Below are positions 46,869 through 56,247 of a stretch of 64,000 nt of DNA, piece after piece. The notes below the pieces were generated by a model, which saw nothing but the letters and a program-made list of their open reading frames with translations, did not search any database and was not told the DNA's origin. Location: the NCBI GenBank assembly GCA_020848905.1, contig JADLHG010000026.1, positions 17,422-81,421 of the forward strand. The letters are read 5' to 3'. Source of the DNA: Deltaproteobacteria bacterium (GTDB lineage: Bacteria; Myxococcota_A; Polyangia; GCA-2747355; JADLHG01). Every line of letters starts with the position of its first letter. Position 1 is the first letter of the stretch. The translations under genes and the position numbers were made by a program.

Positions 46869-48347
46869 ATGGCCTCGATGCTCAGACACGCTCTCATGGT
46901 CGGGGTCCTGGGCGGACTCCTCGTGCCCGCCCCCGCCGTGGCCAAGCCCGCCATCGCCGTGCTCGCCTTCGGCGGCGAGGACGGAGCGAAGGTGCGCACC
47001 GGGCTGATGCGGCTGCTTCGCGCGCGGTACAACGTCCTCGATGGACAGGATCTGCTCGACGCGTGCGACGAGCTCGGCATCGCGATGAGCCGCGGGCCCA
47101 ACCTCGCGCGCGCCGCGAAGCACATCGGCGCCATCGGCGTCGTCGGAGGCACGGCCGCGGGAGGGCGCGCGGCGATCGCCGTCTACAGCGGCGAGACGGG
47201 CGAGCCGGTGCTGACCTCGACGCTCCCCTCGAAGAACCTGGCGAAGCTGCTGCAGCCCGTGGCGAAGGCGCTCCGCGGACTCGAGGCGGCGCCGGTGAAG
47301 AAGGCCGCAGACCCCTCCCAGCCGATCGACAAGGGAGGAGGAGGCGGCGGCAAGGAAGACGGCTTGACCTTCGAGCCCGACCCCGTCGAGCGTCCCGGCA
47401 CGGGGACCGGGCAGCCGAAGGCGGGCACGGGCCCGGCCGCCAGCGCGGGGGGACAGGCGAGCGCCGCCGCGAACCCGATCGGGGACGGCTCGTCCTCCTC
47501 GGCCGCGCTCGACTACGACCCCGAGACGCCGGGGGGAAAGGGGGCCAAGGGCGGTCCGTCGGGTGGGGGAGCGCAGACTCCGGCGGTGGCGGACAAGCCG
47601 TCAGCCGATCGTCCGCTGCGCGTCGCAGGCACCGTCGGCTTCGGCACGTGGATGCGTGACTTCTCGCTGAACGACCCGGTGGGCACCGCGCCCCGCTACA
47701 GCTCGGGAGCGGCCTTCGCGCTGCGCGTTGGGGTCGACGTGCGCCCCGTCGCCTTCTTCACCGACGGCTACCCGGCGGGCGTCTTCATCCGGCTGCGCTA
47801 CCAGGCCGCGCTGGGCCTGCAATCCAAGATCAAGGACGCGGGCGGCGACGGCTTTTCCACCTCCCTCGGCGAGCTGCTCCTCGACTTCGGCTACGACTGG
47901 AAGATCATGCAGCAGAGCGCGACCTCGCCGCACGTCGAGGCCGGGATCGGCTTCGGCATGATGAACTTCGGCATCGACTGGAAGACGGCGACGAAGACCT
48001 TGCCCGACGCGGCGTACCGCTTCGTGCCCATCGGTGTAGGCTTGAACTGGCCGTTCCTTTCCTTCATGGGGGCGTATGTGCGCGGGGACTACCGCGTGGT
48101 CCTCTCGAGCGGCGAGGTCGAGGACGAGAACAACTGGTACGGCAAGTCCGGGACGGGGGGGATCTCGGTCGCCATCGGAGTGACCGGCACCTGGAAGAAG
48201 ATCATCGGCTCGGTGGAGTACGCGTACACGCGCTACTTCTACGCCTTCAAGGACGCCGTGGCGCGACAGCAGGCGGGCAAGCGCGCAGCCGGCGGCGCGC
48301 TGGACCTGCTGCACGGCTTCATCGCGAACGTCGGCTACTCCTACTGA
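46869..48347 (+). CDS. Hypothetical secreted protein (N-terminal domain, Gly/Pro-rich linker, C-terminal beta-rich domain)
   Basis: Signal peptide MASMLRHALMVGVLGGLLVPAPAVA. Protein-like composition. Confidence 0.5.
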   Translation: MASMLRHALMVGVLGGLLVPAPAVAKPAIAVLAFGGEDGAKVRTGLMRLLRARYNVLDGQDLLDACDELGIAMSRGPNLARAAKHIGAIGVVGGTAAGGRAAIAVYSGETGEPVLTSTLPSKNLAKLLQPVAKALRGLEAAPVKKAADPSQPIDKGGGGGGKEDGLTFEPDPVERPGTGTGQPKAGTGPAASAGGQASAAANPIGDGSSSSAALDYDPETPGGKGAKGGPSGGGAQTPAVADKPSADRPLRVAGTVGFGTWMRDFSLNDPVGTAPRYSSGAAFALRVGVDVRPVAFFTDGYPAGVFIRLRYQAALGLQSKIKDAGGDGFSTSLGELLLDFGYDWKIMQQSATSPHVEAGIGFGMMNFGIDWKTATKTLPDAAYRFVPIGVGLNWPFLSFMGAYVRGDYRVVLSSGEVEDENNWYGKSGTGGISVAIGVTGTWKKIIGSVEYAYTRYFYAFKDAVARQQAGKRAAGGALDLLHGFIANVGYSY

Positions 48348-48408
48348 ACGTGGAGGCCTTGGCCGCGTTCAACCGCGGAACGACGCGTTTCGGTGACGGC
48401 CGGCGACG

Positions 48409-49536
48409 CTACTCGGCCTCCACGCAGCTCTTACGCTTCGGGTACCGCTCGCAGATCGAGAGCGGCGGCGGGGCGGGGGCCCATTCCGACAGCCCGTCGT
48501 AGCCTGGACACTCGCCGTTCGCGCGGCACCAGCGGTTGACGCCCTCGCGGAGCCGGCAGTGCCAGGACTCGGGCGTCGTCGCCTCGGGCGGGGCGGCGTC
48601 GAGGCGGCGCGTCCCTGTCGTCGCGCAACGGACCGTCGAGGAGAAGACCGCGCGGCTCGTCTCGCTCACGAAGCAACGATCCGTCGTGGAGCACGGGGCG
48701 AAGCGCAAGGGCACGCAGCGCTCGTCCTCCCAGCCCGGTCGCACCGCCTCGAAGACGCGCCCGTCGGCGTCTCCCAAGATCTGCGCGTGGCCGAGGCCGG
48801 GGAAAGAGCAGACGTAGGCGCGCCGGGCCGGTTCCTGCTCCTCGCCGCGCAGGGCGGCAAGCGGAGCGAGGAGCTTGTTCTGCACCCAGCCCGACGCGGC
48901 GCCGACGACGAACACGAAGCGCCGCGAGGTGTCTCGCCGTAGCCAGTCCAGTACGACCTTGCCGGCCTCGAGCTCCTGCCAGCCCCGCCCCTTCTCCGAG
49001 ACGCTGTAGACCCAGTAGGTGTCGTAGCTGGGATCGAGGAGCAGCGCGCGATTCACCACCGCGTCCTGGCGCTGGAGCGCCATCAGCATCGGCACGCGCC
49101 CGAGGCTGTAGCCGGCCACCGTGACGTTGCGCCTCCCGTGCAGGAAGTCGTCCAGCGCGGGGATGCTCCAGGGTTGCGGGTGGTCGAGAGGCACCCCCTC
49201 GCCGTCCACGAGAGGCGCCCCGTCGGGGGCGCGCATCGGCGTGAGCCCCTGGATCATGCGGTACGAGCCGTCGCGGCCGTCCAGCATGCGCGGGGCGAGG
49301 AAGGGGATCTCCGCCCGCGCCGCTTCCGCCTCGAGAGGCCGGATCTGCGGGGCCACGACCGCCTCGGTGTTGGCCATGCCGTGGTAGTAGACCACGGCTC
49401 CGAGGGGACCCGAAGCCGCCGCGCGGAGCCCTTCGCCCGGTGGGCTCGCCGGCGCCGCGCCGCAGGCTGCGAGCCACGCGAGCGCCGTCGCAAGCCCTCC
49501 CACGCCCAGGCAGCGAGCCGACCTGCACGATCGCAT
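48409..49536 (-). CDS. Lipoprotein, alpha/beta-hydrolase-like (GYSLG)
   Basis: ATG at 49536 with a GGAGGAGG RBS. Signal MRSCRSARCLGVGGLATALAWLAACG. G-x-S-x-G motif VAGYSLGRV. Confidence 0.55.
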   Translation of the reverse strand: MRSCRSARCLGVGGLATALAWLAACGAAPASPPGEGLRAAASGPLGAVVYYHGMANTEAVVAPQIRPLEAEAARAEIPFLAPRMLDGRDGSYRMIQGLTPMRAPDGAPLVDGEGVPLDHPQPWSIPALDDFLHGRRNVTVAGYSLGRVPMLMALQRQDAVVNRALLLDPSYDTYWVYSVSEKGRGWQELEAGKVVLDWLRRDTSRRFVFVVGAASGWVQNKLLAPLAALRGEEQEPARRAYVCSFPGLGHAQILGDADGRVFEAVRPGWEDERCVPLRFAPCSTTDRCFVSETSRAVFSSTVRCATTGTRRLDAAPPEATTPESWHCRLREGVNRWCRANGECPGYDGLSEWAPAPPPLSICERYPKRKSCVEAE

Positions 49537-49781
49537 CGAACCCTCCTCCGGATCGCACCACGGGACCGCTTCGCCCCGCGCGAACGCAGCCGGTGCCCGG
49601 GAGTGCCTACGCAAGAGCAGGGCCAGGGCACCGCCCGAAGGATGTCGAGGCCTTGGAGGGTCATCGGATCGACGCCTCGCCTGGCCAGCGAGGATGCCGT
49701 CTCCGAAGGTCGGTGAGCTCGAAAGAGGGGGAAAAGGTCAGCGGGGGGCGGGAGGCGCCGTCGACCCTCGGCGCGGGCTAC

Positions 49782-52319
49782 TTAGGGCTTCACGATCGTC
49801 GGCGCGCCATCCTTCACCGCCGTCCCGAAGAAGCTCATCGACTGCTTCTTGCCGTTCGGGTTCTGGAAGATGACGAAGTGGTCGTCGTAGGTCCCGTCGG
49901 AAGCGTAGGGCACCATGGCCCCCGTCAGCTTCTTGCCCCCCACCGTGAAGTTCTCCTTCACGGGGGCCTCGATCAACTTGAACTGCGGAGGATTGGGTCC
50001 GCAGCTATCCGGCTTGCAGTCCTTCTCGCAGGTCTTGCAGCTCTCGCTCCCGCCGCAGATCCCATCGCCGCAGCGTTCGGCAGGCTGGTTCACCTGCGAG
50101 AGCCCCATCACGCGCGTCAACGCCTCGATCGTCACGGGAGGCGTGTAGCTGTCGGAGACGCCGTAGCTCAGGAACACGTGCTTGCCCCCCACGCCCTTGT
50201 TCGGGTCCGAGATGATCGAGCGCCCATAGTTGAGCGAGTCGACCTCTTCGAAGAAGAGCTGCAGCAGGTTCAGCAGCGGGTGCGAGGTGCCGACCTTCCC
50301 GTCGGCCATGGCGAGCTGCACCCCCGCCGCGATGTTTACCGGCTTGGTCTTGTACATCAGCGACCCGAGCAGATACCCGCCCGCCCCCGAGAGCAGTGTC
50401 CCCTGCACCCCTGGCTCGAAGGCCAGGAAGGGCAGCCCCTCGACGGTCCCCTGCGAGTGACCGAAGTAGTAGGCCTTGTCCGTACGCAGCTTCACGACCT
50501 CGCCGGTCGGCGAGCTCGCCTTGTCCACCGACAGCGCCCCGAGCACGCGCATGAGCTGGAACTTGTCCGCCGCCGCCTGGTAGACGTTGTCGCGCGCCGC
50601 GCGCGGATTCCGCAGGTTGAAGAAGAGCTCGTCCGGCTTGTCGGTGCTCGCGCGCCGCGGACCGTGCATGCCGCCGTCGATGCTGATCACCGCCATCTTC
50701 GAGAGGTCGGCTCCTGCGCCGTCCTTCACGTCCGCGAGCGCCGCCGCCGTGCCCCCCTCGATGAAGCTCCGATAGTGTCCCCCCGTGCCGTGTCCGAAGA
50801 CGACGACGGGCCAGCCCCCCTCGGGCGTCGGCCCCTTCGGGACCGTGAGGCTGAAACAGACCTTCTCTTCGCGGTCCACGGTCGGCCGCCCCTCTCCGTC
50901 GTAGACGATCGCCCCACCGTCGGCGATGGCCTTGTACGGCGGCTTGCCCTTCTGGAACACGGGCGTCATGTACGTCCCCTGCAGCTCGTGGAACGCCGGG
51001 TCGGCCGCCTTCGGACACGCGTGCGTCGGATCCTTGCCGTCGTCGCAGGGAGACTTGTTCGTGCCGTCGCAGAGCGTCAGCCCTTCCACCTTCGGCGCCG
51101 CCTGCGCCTGCACCACGTCGCGGAAGCGCGCCATCCTGGCCTGCGGGTCCATGGTGGTGAAGACCGCCGCGTTGATCACCGACGCGGGGTCGATCGCCTT
51201 GTCCTTGAGGAAGGCCCGCAGCGGGGCGTAGGCCTGCCACGCCGCCTTCTCGTCGGCGTCCGTGGGCTCCGTCTCGCCCGACACCACCTTGAAGTCCTTG
51301 TCCGCCCCGACCTCCTCACCCTTGCTGTCCTTGACCCCCTTGCGAAGGACCAGCGCATAGGTGGTCTTCGGCGCGAGCGGCACGCCGATCGTGGGGCGCA
51401 CGGCGAACCAGTTGTCGCAGATGTACTTGCCACGCGAGGTGCTCGCGAACATGAAGAGCCCCACTCCGTTGCCGTAGCCCGAGGAGGCCTTGTCGATGTT
51501 GTAGAACTGGATCGTCGGCTTCTCGCCGCTCACGGTGAGCGAGCCAAGGTCCACGGTCTTGCTGAAACGCATGAAGACCGCGGTGCTGAGCCCGAAACCC
51601 GTCACGTCCTCGCTGATCGCCTTCAGGTACTCGGCGACGATCTCCCCTAGCTCAGGCGGCAGCGCTTTCGACGGATTCGGGTGCTGCGTCACGTCCACCC
51701 GTCCGTTCTTCAGGCGGATGTTGTTCGGGAACGGGAGCTGGTAGAACTCGGCCAGCCCCTGCCCCTTGCGCGGGATCTCGAAGTACGAGCGCAGAGGCCC
51801 TGTGTCCTGGTTGCAGCTCACCCCCGCCCAGAAGGACATCGGCGCGCACTTGTCCTGGTAACAGACGAGGCCGAGCGAGCAGTCCATCTGCCCGCCGCAG
51901 GCCTCTCCCTTGAGCTTCGTCCCGGGCGCGCCGGGCTTGGCGCACTTCAGGGTGCCCGAGCAGAGCAGCCCCTTGCCGCAGCTCTCGTTCCCCTTGCACT
52001 CCTGCCCCTCGCTCGCGTTCCCCGGGTCGGCGCACTTGCCGAACGAGGCGCACACGTACTGCGCCTGGCAATCCAGGTTCGAGGCGCAGCCGTCGTCCTT
52101 GCCCTGCGTGCCGGGTTGTCCCGGCCGGGCGCACTTGCTCTCGCCGGAGCAGACGAGCGTGGGAGCGCACTCCGCCGTGGCCGCGCAGCCCTCCCCTTCC
52201 TTTCGTCCCACGCCCCCATCTCCGCCGGGCACCGTCTCGGAGTTGGTACACCCCGGAAGGAACTTCGCTCCGGCCCCGACGCACCCTAAAAACACCAATG
52301 CCGCCGCAACGCGTTTCAT
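49782..52319 (-). CDS. Large secreted lipoprotein with N-terminal Cys-rich repeats and an alpha/beta-hydrolase (esterase/lipase-like) domain
   Basis: Signal MKRVAAALVFLGCVGAGA. Repeated CxxxxxC modules. YYFGHSQGT nucleophile elbow. C-terminal Cys-rich module. Confidence 0.6.
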   Translation of the reverse strand: MKRVAAALVFLGCVGAGAKFLPGCTNSETVPGGDGGVGRKEGEGCAATAECAPTLVCSGESKCARPGQPGTQGKDDGCASNLDCQAQYVCASFGKCADPGNASEGQECKGNESCGKGLLCSGTLKCAKPGAPGTKLKGEACGGQMDCSLGLVCYQDKCAPMSFWAGVSCNQDTGPLRSYFEIPRKGQGLAEFYQLPFPNNIRLKNGRVDVTQHPNPSKALPPELGEIVAEYLKAISEDVTGFGLSTAVFMRFSKTVDLGSLTVSGEKPTIQFYNIDKASSGYGNGVGLFMFASTSRGKYICDNWFAVRPTIGVPLAPKTTYALVLRKGVKDSKGEEVGADKDFKVVSGETEPTDADEKAAWQAYAPLRAFLKDKAIDPASVINAAVFTTMDPQARMARFRDVVQAQAAPKVEGLTLCDGTNKSPCDDGKDPTHACPKAADPAFHELQGTYMTPVFQKGKPPYKAIADGGAIVYDGEGRPTVDREEKVCFSLTVPKGPTPEGGWPVVVFGHGTGGHYRSFIEGGTAAALADVKDGAGADLSKMAVISIDGGMHGPRRASTDKPDELFFNLRNPRAARDNVYQAAADKFQLMRVLGALSVDKASSPTGEVVKLRTDKAYYFGHSQGTVEGLPFLAFEPGVQGTLLSGAGGYLLGSLMYKTKPVNIAAGVQLAMADGKVGTSHPLLNLLQLFFEEVDSLNYGRSIISDPNKGVGGKHVFLSYGVSDSYTPPVTIEALTRVMGLSQVNQPAERCGDGICGGSESCKTCEKDCKPDSCGPNPPQFKLIEAPVKENFTVGGKKLTGAMVPYASDGTYDDHFVIFQNPNGKKQSMSFFGTAVKDGAPTIVKP

Positions 52320-52431
52320 GGCTACGCCCCTTTAAGCTGGATAGGTCGCGGATGATAGCGCAACGCCGGGGCGGGCCCAAGGGCCAGAGCCGAGAGGCGG
52401 CGATCGGAAGGGGAGCCCTCTCGGGCCGAGG

Positions 52432-52965
52432 CTACGGCTGGGGCTTGCCCGCCGAGGCCGGCGCCGGCGTGGGAGCCGTCGCGCGCGGTCCCGGAGCCAC
52501 GGGTCGGCTCTCGTCGGCCAGCAACTCGGGCTTGGCCTTGAAGGTCCACAGGTTGTTCGCCACGTAGTTCACGGCCGTGGCGAGCGCGATCCCGAAGAGC
52601 TGGGCCACGAGGTAATGGAAGCGCAACCCGAGGGTGAGCGCCATCGCGGTGCCGAACTGCACCGCCGAGGCCGCCGAGCAGACGAGGTAGAAGCGCCCGA
52701 GGCGGCCGAGGACCTGCCGCTCGCCCTTCGGACGGTCCCGCCAGGTCCACACGTCGTTGAGCAGGAAGTTGGTGAAGATGGAGAGGACGATGCCCAGCGC
52801 GAAGGCCGCGGCCTTGCGCCACCCCTCGTCGAGGCCGGTGAAGGCCATGCGATAGCCGAGCCAGGTGAAGACCAGGTTCACCGGCACACCGCTCGCCCCC
52901 ACCAAGCAGAACTTGATGAAGCGACGCTGCTCCTTGGACAGGAAGCGGTAGACCAGTTTCCGCAT
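52432..52965 (-). CDS. GtrA-family membrane protein (polysaccharide synthesis/flippase-associated)
   Basis: Four TM helices. N-terminal FIKFCLVGASGVPVNLVFTWL is typical of GtrA. Confidence 0.65.
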   Translation of the reverse strand: MRKLVYRFLSKEQRRFIKFCLVGASGVPVNLVFTWLGYRMAFTGLDEGWRKAAAFALGIVLSIFTNFLLNDVWTWRDRPKGERQVLGRLGRFYLVCSAASAVQFGTAMALTLGLRFHYLVAQLFGIALATAVNYVANNLWTFKAKPELLADESRPVAPGPRATAPTPAPASAGKPQP

Positions 52966-53122
52966 GCGCTATCACCTATGGTAGCAGAGCAACGTACGTC
53001 GAGCGACTACCTTTAGCAACGATTGCGCAGCGTTGTCTATTCCAAATCCATTTCTCTTGTGGGGGTCCGGAACCTGGGGTTAACTCGGCAGAACCTGGGG
53101 AGAATACCCCTCGGCGAAAGGA

Positions 53123-54073
53123 GTGCCCATGCAGGATCTGCGTCGCCCGGAGCAGCGGTCGGAGCCCGTGACCTGGGAGCCGGCATTGGTCGAACCCACG
53201 CCTGCCGCGACGGACCCCGTCGCCCCGTCTCCCTCGGTCGAGACGATCTACGAACGCAACGCCGCCTCTGCCTCCGCCACCGTTCCCGCCGCCGCTCGCG
53301 CCGATAAGAAGCGCGGGCTGCCACTCTGGCTCGGCCGCGCCGACGTCCTCGGCACCTTCGGCTTGTGCACCGTCTGGGGCTACGTCCACACCTGGAGCCT
53401 GCCCATCCTGCTGCCGCTCACCAAGCGCTACCGGCGCGAACGGCTCATGAGCCGGCTCAACGACATGCCCGGCTGGGCGCGCTTCTGCCTCAAGCACCTG
53501 CTGCAGGTGGACGTCACCGTCGTGGGACAGGAGCTCCTGCCCGAGGACGACCGCGGCCACATGTACATCTGCAACCACCAGAGCTACGTGGACATCATCG
53601 TGCTCATGGACGCGCTGAACACGACGGCGTTTCTGGCCAAGCAGATGGTGAAGCGCTTTCCCGTGATCGGTCTCGCCGCCTACTCGGGCGGCTCCATCTT
53701 CGTGGAGCGCAAGGACAAGGACAGCCGGCGCCGCGCGCTCGAGGCCACGATTCGCATGTGCCGCGAGTCCACCGGGGTCATCGTCTTCCCCGAGGGGACG
53801 CGCTCGGCGGACGGCACGATCAGCGGACAGCCCCACCCGGGCGCGATCAAGGCCGCCTACGAGCACGGCATCAAGATCATCCCCATCGGCCTCGACGGCA
53901 CGACGGACATCTGCCCGAAGTCCATGGACCGCGTGAATCGCGGACGCGACGTGGCGGTGACGATCGGCGCGCCGCTCGACCCGCACGACTACGACAGCGC
54001 CGAGGCCTGGGTCGCGGCGGTGTGGGATCGCGTGAGCGCGCTCTACGCGCAGAGCGCCCGTCGCGTCGCGTAG
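53123..54073 (+). CDS. plsC: 1-acyl-sn-glycerol-3-phosphate acyltransferase family protein
   Basis: H(x)4D motif NHQSYVDI and the FPEGTRS motif. RBS AAAGGAG. Confidence 0.75.
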   Translation: MPMQDLRRPEQRSEPVTWEPALVEPTPAATDPVAPSPSVETIYERNAASASATVPAAARADKKRGLPLWLGRADVLGTFGLCTVWGYVHTWSLPILLPLTKRYRRERLMSRLNDMPGWARFCLKHLLQVDVTVVGQELLPEDDRGHMYICNHQSYVDIIVLMDALNTTAFLAKQMVKRFPVIGLAAYSGGSIFVERKDKDSRRRALEATIRMCRESTGVIVFPEGTRSADGTISGQPHPGAIKAAYEHGIKIIPIGLDGTTDICPKSMDRVNRGRDVAVTIGAPLDPHDYDSAEAWVAAVWDRVSALYAQSARRVA

Positions 54074-54141
54074 CCGCCGTCCGCCCTCCCGCCTCCGCCG
54101 TCGCGTCGCACTCCCCGCCGAGCTGAAGGGACTTCCTTTTC

Positions 54142-54169
54142 TGGACAGGACCGGTCACGATGATAGAAT
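54142..54169 (+). promoter_or_regulatory. Sigma-70-like promoter candidate (TGGACA-16nt-TAGAAT) upstream of the OMP-sigma-antisigma genes
   Basis: Read in an unusually AT-rich stretch. The ATG at 54194 is preceded by GCGAGGAA. Confidence 0.35.
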
Positions 54170-54193
54170 CCAAGAAAAGCGAGGAATTATAAC

Positions 54194-55108
54194 ATGATTC
54201 CAGTCCTCCGCGTCGGCCTGGCGCTCTTTCTCGTGGCTCTCGCGCCGCGAGCGGCGGCTGCCCGAGACCTGCAGGGGCCTCGGGTCATCGCCATGGGCGG
54301 GTCCCTCCGCGCGGCCGCGGCCGGCACCTCGGCGCTGATCATGAACCCGGCGGGGATGAGCCTCGCTCGCATGTACAACATCACCGCCTTCTACCAGTAC
54401 CGCGCCTCCGACGCGGCGAACCTGATCAACGCGGCGGTGGTCGACTCGGTCACGGCCCGCCTCGCCGCGGGGCTCTCGTACTCCTTCGCCCGCGCCAACC
54501 CCGTGCAGACAGTGGCCCTCGCCGGCGGCAAGCTGCTCACGCTCGACGAGGTCACGAACACGCACGAGGTCGCCCTGGGGCTGGCCTACCCGCTCGGGAG
54601 CCTCGCTACGATCGGCCTGACGGCGAAGTACCTCAACCACCAGTCCACCCTGCCGAGCACCGCCCCCGCGGAGCTCGCTCCGGCGGGAATCAGCACCGTC
54701 AGCTTCGACGCGGGCGCCATCATCAAGCTCGTCCAGGGGCTGCAGGTGGGCGTCGTGGGCTACAACCTGGTCCCCGTGGACAGCTACAACTACCCCCGGC
54801 TGCTCGGCATGGGGGCCTCGTACACCTTCGCGCAGCTCATGACGCTGAGCTTCGACACGGTGTTGAACTTCAACAGCCACCCCGACGGGGTGAAGCCCAG
54901 CTTCCACGGCGGCCTCGAGGCCTTCTTCTCGCAGCGCTACGCCTTGCGGGCCGGTGCGGCGCACGACATGGTCCGCGGCACGACCTACGTGACGGGGGGC
55001 CTCGGCCTGCTCTCCCAGCGCGTGGGTGCCGAGGTGGGCGTGCGACAGATGGTGAAGGGCGGAGCCGAAACCCTGCTCGCCTTCTCACTCCAGCTCTTCA
55101 TGCAGTAG
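54194..55108 (+). CDS. Putative outer-membrane beta-barrel protein
   Basis: Signal peptide MIPVLRVGLALFLVALAPRAAAA. Alternating hydrophobic beta pattern. C-terminal ...LQLFMQ. Confidence 0.55.
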   Translation: MIPVLRVGLALFLVALAPRAAAARDLQGPRVIAMGGSLRAAAAGTSALIMNPAGMSLARMYNITAFYQYRASDAANLINAAVVDSVTARLAAGLSYSFARANPVQTVALAGGKLLTLDEVTNTHEVALGLAYPLGSLATIGLTAKYLNHQSTLPSTAPAELAPAGISTVSFDAGAIIKLVQGLQVGVVGYNLVPVDSYNYPRLLGMGASYTFAQLMTLSFDTVLNFNSHPDGVKPSFHGGLEAFFSQRYALRAGAAHDMVRGTTYVTGGLGLLSQRVGAEVGVRQMVKGGAETLLAFSLQLFMQ

Positions 55109-55132
55109 CGCAGTGCCTGCTAACGTAGCGGC

Positions 55133-55726
55133 ATGAATCTCCGGGAGCGCTGGCTCGTCCACCGGCTGCAGCAGCGGGATGAGCGCGCCTTCCGCGAGAT
55201 GGTGCGGACCTACGAGGCCCAGGTCTTCAACCTGGTCTTCCGCATGCTCGGCAACCGGCAAGAGGCAGAGGACCTGGCGCAAGACGTCTTTCTCACCGTC
55301 TTCAAGTCCATCGACAGCTTCAGAGGCGACAGCAAGCTGAGCACCTGGCTCTACCGTATCGCCGTCAACACCTGCAAGAACCGCTACAAGTACCTCGCGC
55401 GGCGGCGACACAACGCCCTGCAACCCCTCGACGAGGCCAGCGAGCGCGAGGCGGCGGCGCAAGACCAGGGCGGCCCCACGATCCCCTTGCAGGCGCACCT
55501 GAGCCGCCCCGATCACCTCGTCGAGGGGCGCGCGCTCGAGGCGGCGCTGCAACGCGAGCTCGAGAATCTGGAGGAAGAACACCGCCTGCTCATCGTGCTC
55601 CGCGACGTGCAGGGGCTGAGCTACCAGGAGATCGCAGCCATCACCCAGCTGCCCGAGGGGACCGTGAAGTCGCGCCTGCACCGCGCGCGCATGGCCCTCA
55701 AGGAGCGGCTGGAGAAGTACATGTGA
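55133..55726 (+). CDS. RNA polymerase ECF sigma factor (RpoE-like)
   Basis: Region 2 FREMVRTYEAQVFNLVFRMLGNRQEAEDLAQDVFLTVFK. Region 4 LRDVQGLSYQEIAAITQLPEGTVKSRLHRAR. Confidence 0.85.
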   Translation: MNLRERWLVHRLQQRDERAFREMVRTYEAQVFNLVFRMLGNRQEAEDLAQDVFLTVFKSIDSFRGDSKLSTWLYRIAVNTCKNRYKYLARRRHNALQPLDEASEREAAAQDQGGPTIPLQAHLSRPDHLVEGRALEAALQRELENLEEEHRLLIVLRDVQGLSYQEIAAITQLPEGTVKSRLHRARMALKERLEKYM

Positions 55727-55733
55727 GCGGCCC

Positions 55734-56156
55734 ATGGACCATCAGCGCGCAAACGAGCTGTTCAGCGAGTACCTCGAGGGAGAGCTCCCGCCCGAGGAGA
55801 AGCAGGCGGTCGAGGAGCACCTCGCCGGCTGCGACACCTGTCGCGCGGAGCTCGAGGCCTTCCGCACGACGCTGCGAGGCCTGTCGGGGCTGCACACCCT
55901 GCCGCCGCCGACGGACTTCGCCCATCAGGTGGAGCAGCGCATCCACCGCCGCTCGCGCGGGCGCTTCTTCGGCGACGACCGCACGCTCAGCCGCATCCCC
56001 TTCGAGTGGCTCTCCTTCGCGCTCATCGTCTTCGTGCTCGCCATGTACGTTCTGCTGATGCTCGATTCGAAAAAGGTGGCTACCCCGCCGAAGGGGGGCA
56101 GCGGGCCCGCCGCGCGGTCCGGTGACGGCGGGAAGGCGACTCCGCCCGCCCCGTGA
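55734..56156 (+). CDS. Zinc-finger (ZAS-type) anti-sigma factor, membrane-anchored
   Basis: HLAGCDTC matches H-x3-C-x2-C. A TM helix LSFALIVFVLAMYVLLML follows. Lies 8 nt downstream of the ECF sigma. Confidence 0.7.
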   Translation: MDHQRANELFSEYLEGELPPEEKQAVEEHLAGCDTCRAELEAFRTTLRGLSGLHTLPPPTDFAHQVEQRIHRRSRGRFFGDDRTLSRIPFEWLSFALIVFVLAMYVLLMLDSKKVATPPKGGSGPAARSGDGGKATPPAP

Positions 56157-56247
56157 TGGGCCGTCTCGAAACGGTTCGACGGGTAGAGCGGGCGACCAAT
56201 TGGGGGAGCGAAGGTACGGGAGGGAGGCGGAGGGGCGCGGAGGGCGA

